Source: Scenedesmus sp. PABB004
Lineage: Eukaryota
Assembly: GCA_014905635.1 (NCBI GenBank)
Contig: JABVCE010000002.1
Coordinates: 496,001 to 560,000, forward strand
Direction: 5' to 3'
DNA length: 64,000 bases
Below are positions 61,902-64,000 of this stretch, piece after piece. Within the stretch, counting starts at the first letter, position 1; the number at the start of each line of letters is the position of its first letter. The position numbers and the translations under genes were made by a program. The notes beneath the pieces were generated by a model that was given only the letters and a program-made list of their open reading frames with translations, was not told the origin of the DNA and ran no database searches.

Positions 61902-63253
61902 TCAGCCGGCCGGTATCGTGCTCGCCAGCGCGGCGCGCACAAAGCGGGCGTAGGCGCAGCACTCGCGCAGCCGCTGGAAGCGCCGCTCCGCCTCGGCCGC
62001 GCCGTCGCCGTACTGGCGCAGCATGGCGAGCACGGGCGCGCCGATGTCGGCCGCGCCGCGCGGCGTGAAGTTGACGGCGCCGATCTCGGCCAGTCTCGCG
62101 TCCCACCAGGGGTCGTCGCTGGGCTCCGACAGCACCAGCACGCGGCTCGCGAGCGTGGGCAGGATGCGGTGCACCTCGAGGATTGAGGGGCCGTCGTGGA
62201 AGTGGAGGTTGAGCGCGAGCCGGGTGCGGCGGAGCAGCGCGTGCAGCTCGGCGCCAAAGTGCGACTCAGTGAACACCACGCGCAGCGCCGGGCGCGCCGA
62301 CGCGGCCACCGACACGAGCCGCGCCTGGCGCCGCGGGCTCGACAGCCAGCCCACGAACGCGACGTCCACGTCCCGCTCGCGCGCCGGCGGCGCGGGGTTG
62401 TCCAGCGCGGGCGCGTAGCCGAGCGGGAGGTGCACCACGCGCGCCACGCCGCGGCGCCGCAGCACGGCGATGTTGGCGAGCGAGTAGTCCAGCACCTGCG
62501 CGCCGCGCGCGGCGGCGCGGCGCGGCGTGGCACGGCGGGCCGGGTGAGCCGCCGGCGCCGGCGCGGGCTGGGCGGCGCGGCGCGCGCGCGCGGCGCCCGG
62601 CGGCGTGCTGCCGCCGCCGCTGCTCGTACCAGCTCGGCGCCGCGCAGCCGCTCGAAGAGGTCCTCCGGCCAGTCGCGCGCGGTGAGCTGCTCGAGGTTGT
62701 ACGCGACGTACGACCGCGGCAGCGCGCCGCCGAGGTGGGCGGTGAAGATGAGGTACGTGGCGCTGGCGTTGCCGGCTGGGTCGACCGCGTCCGCGACGCC
62801 CACGCGCGGCACGCCCGCCTCGCCCAGCGCGGCGTGCAGCGCGTCCGCCACCCCGTCAAACGTACGGTGATTGCGCAGCACCACCAGGCGCCCGCACCTA
62901 GTCAGCGCCTCGGCCACCGTGACGTTGCCGCCGGCAGGCGCGCGCGCCCCACACCCCGGGCGCGACGCCGCTCGCTCGGCAGCCGCCGGAGCCGGCGACG
63001 CGCCGTGTGACAGAAACTCCGCACGCACAGCACTCGCTTCGGTCCGCTCTCTGGCGCCCTGCTGCGGAGGATCGGGAGCCCGACACGTGCGCAGCGGCAG
63101 CGCTCGGCGGGCGGGCGCCGCTGCTGCCGCGCAGCGGCGCCGCCGCTTGCCGCGCACCTGGCCGGGCGCGCGTAGCAGCGCGGCGATCGCCGTGAGGGCC
63201 AGTAGGCCCGCGCCCAGGAGCAGCGCTGTTGCAGGGCAGCGGGCGACCGCCAT
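61902..63253 (-). CDS. Putative GT-B fold glycosyltransferase (Glyco_trans_1-like), type II membrane
   Basis: TM LLLGAGLLALTAIAALL; YNLEQL, VLDYSLANI, DVDVAFVG..SPRR, LALNLHF..ILEVHRI..VLSE; 3 exons. Confidence 0.72.
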
Positions 63254-63751
63254 GCGACCGCTGCCGTGGCAGCGCCGCGGCTCCGCCTTTGCCCCCCTGC
63301 GTGCCGCCCGGAGCTGCCACTGCAAAGCTGGCGGAAGGAGTGCGGGCGTGCGGCAGCGGCGACGCGCGGCTGACGGAGCGCCGCCGGGCGGCGTCCAGGG
63401 CTCAGCGCGCTGCGGCGCGGCGGGCGCGGCGTCGGCACGCAGCGCGGCTGGTTCCACGGCCGGCGCAGAGAGGGCGCCTCACGCATTGTACAAGCCTGCC
63501 ACGCGCGGCGACGGCGCGCGTGGCAGGCAGGGACCGAGTGCCACAGCCGCAGCACAGCAGCCCCGGCCAACGTCAGTCGACCATTCATCTCCCCAGTCAG
63601 TCACGGCCACCGCCCCCGGGGTCACGTTCCCAGCAGATCAGTCCCCGCCGGGGCAGTCGTCAGCAGCACGCCGCCCTGTGCCCCCGACGGCGCGCACGCC
63701 GGCGCCGCCTAGGCCTAGCCCCGGCCCCGCCTAGGCCTAGGCCGGCGGCGG

Positions 63752-63804
63752 CTAGCGCCGCCGGTGGCGGCCGCCCTGCTCGCGCTCGCGCTCGCGCGCC
63801 TCCC

Positions 63805-63838
<34 letters not shown>

Positions 63839-64000
63839 CTCGCGCTCGCGCGCCTCCAGCTCCGAGTCCACGCTCTCGCCCGCGGTGCCGAGGCGCACGT
63901 CGCTGCCCGAGCGGTGCAGCCCGCGGAGGCCCAGGCCCGCGAGGCCGCCGGCGCTGGCGCTGCCGCCCGACGCGGCGCCGGCCAGGCCGGCGAAGCTGCC
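63752..64000 (-). CDS. 3' end of a gene entering from the right, probably the intact GCN2 (eIF2-alpha kinase)
   Basis: Reverse complement matches 43822-43995 of the GCN2-tail fragment with 2 mismatches; reads GSFAGLAG...SELEAREREG...GGRHRRR*. GCN2 identity is inferred through the fragment. Confidence 0.6.

Noticed and set aside
63708..63742. Repeated palindromic CCTAGG motifs downstream of the GCN2-like stop
   Set aside because: Short, with no partner or target-site duplication; no function can be supported.
1..64000. Hundreds of long overlapping Ala/Arg/Gly/Pro ORFs in all six frames
   Set aside because: Stop codons are rare at this GC content; most are antisense or intron read-through shadows of the spliced genes.

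Overview
Very GC-rich (roughly 80% GC by eye), intron-rich nuclear DNA from a green alga. GTGCG/GTGAG donors, YAG acceptors, TGTAA poly(A) signals and plant/chlorophyte-type orthologues point to a chlorophycean, probably Sphaeropleales-like (inference). The ORF track is mostly GC noise, so I rebuilt gene models by hand across introns. I find about 23 protein-coding loci: a SAND(VARL-like)+ARID factor, SAL1, a Zn-finger protein, LTV1, an MFS transporter, NFRKB-like, a large IQ/Trp-repeat protein, an SBP-less SPL-like protein, a HAD-IIA hydrolase, PRMT10, lumazine synthase, an unknown TM protein, DNAJC8, a GPI-type Cys-module surface protein, OSB-like SSB, a ketopantoate-reductase-like protein, RH50, six glycan-modifying enzymes and the 3' end of GCN2. 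Highlights: (1) six type-II-membrane glycosyl-/methyltransferase genes within 19 kb, next to a sequon-rich, exon-modular surface protein and bracketed by inverted GCN2-tail copies; (2) about one in five introns appears to use a GC donor; (3) three recent local duplications (SAL1 3' end, GCN2 3' end, GT25 gene). No RNA genes, CRISPR arrays or transposase were recognised.
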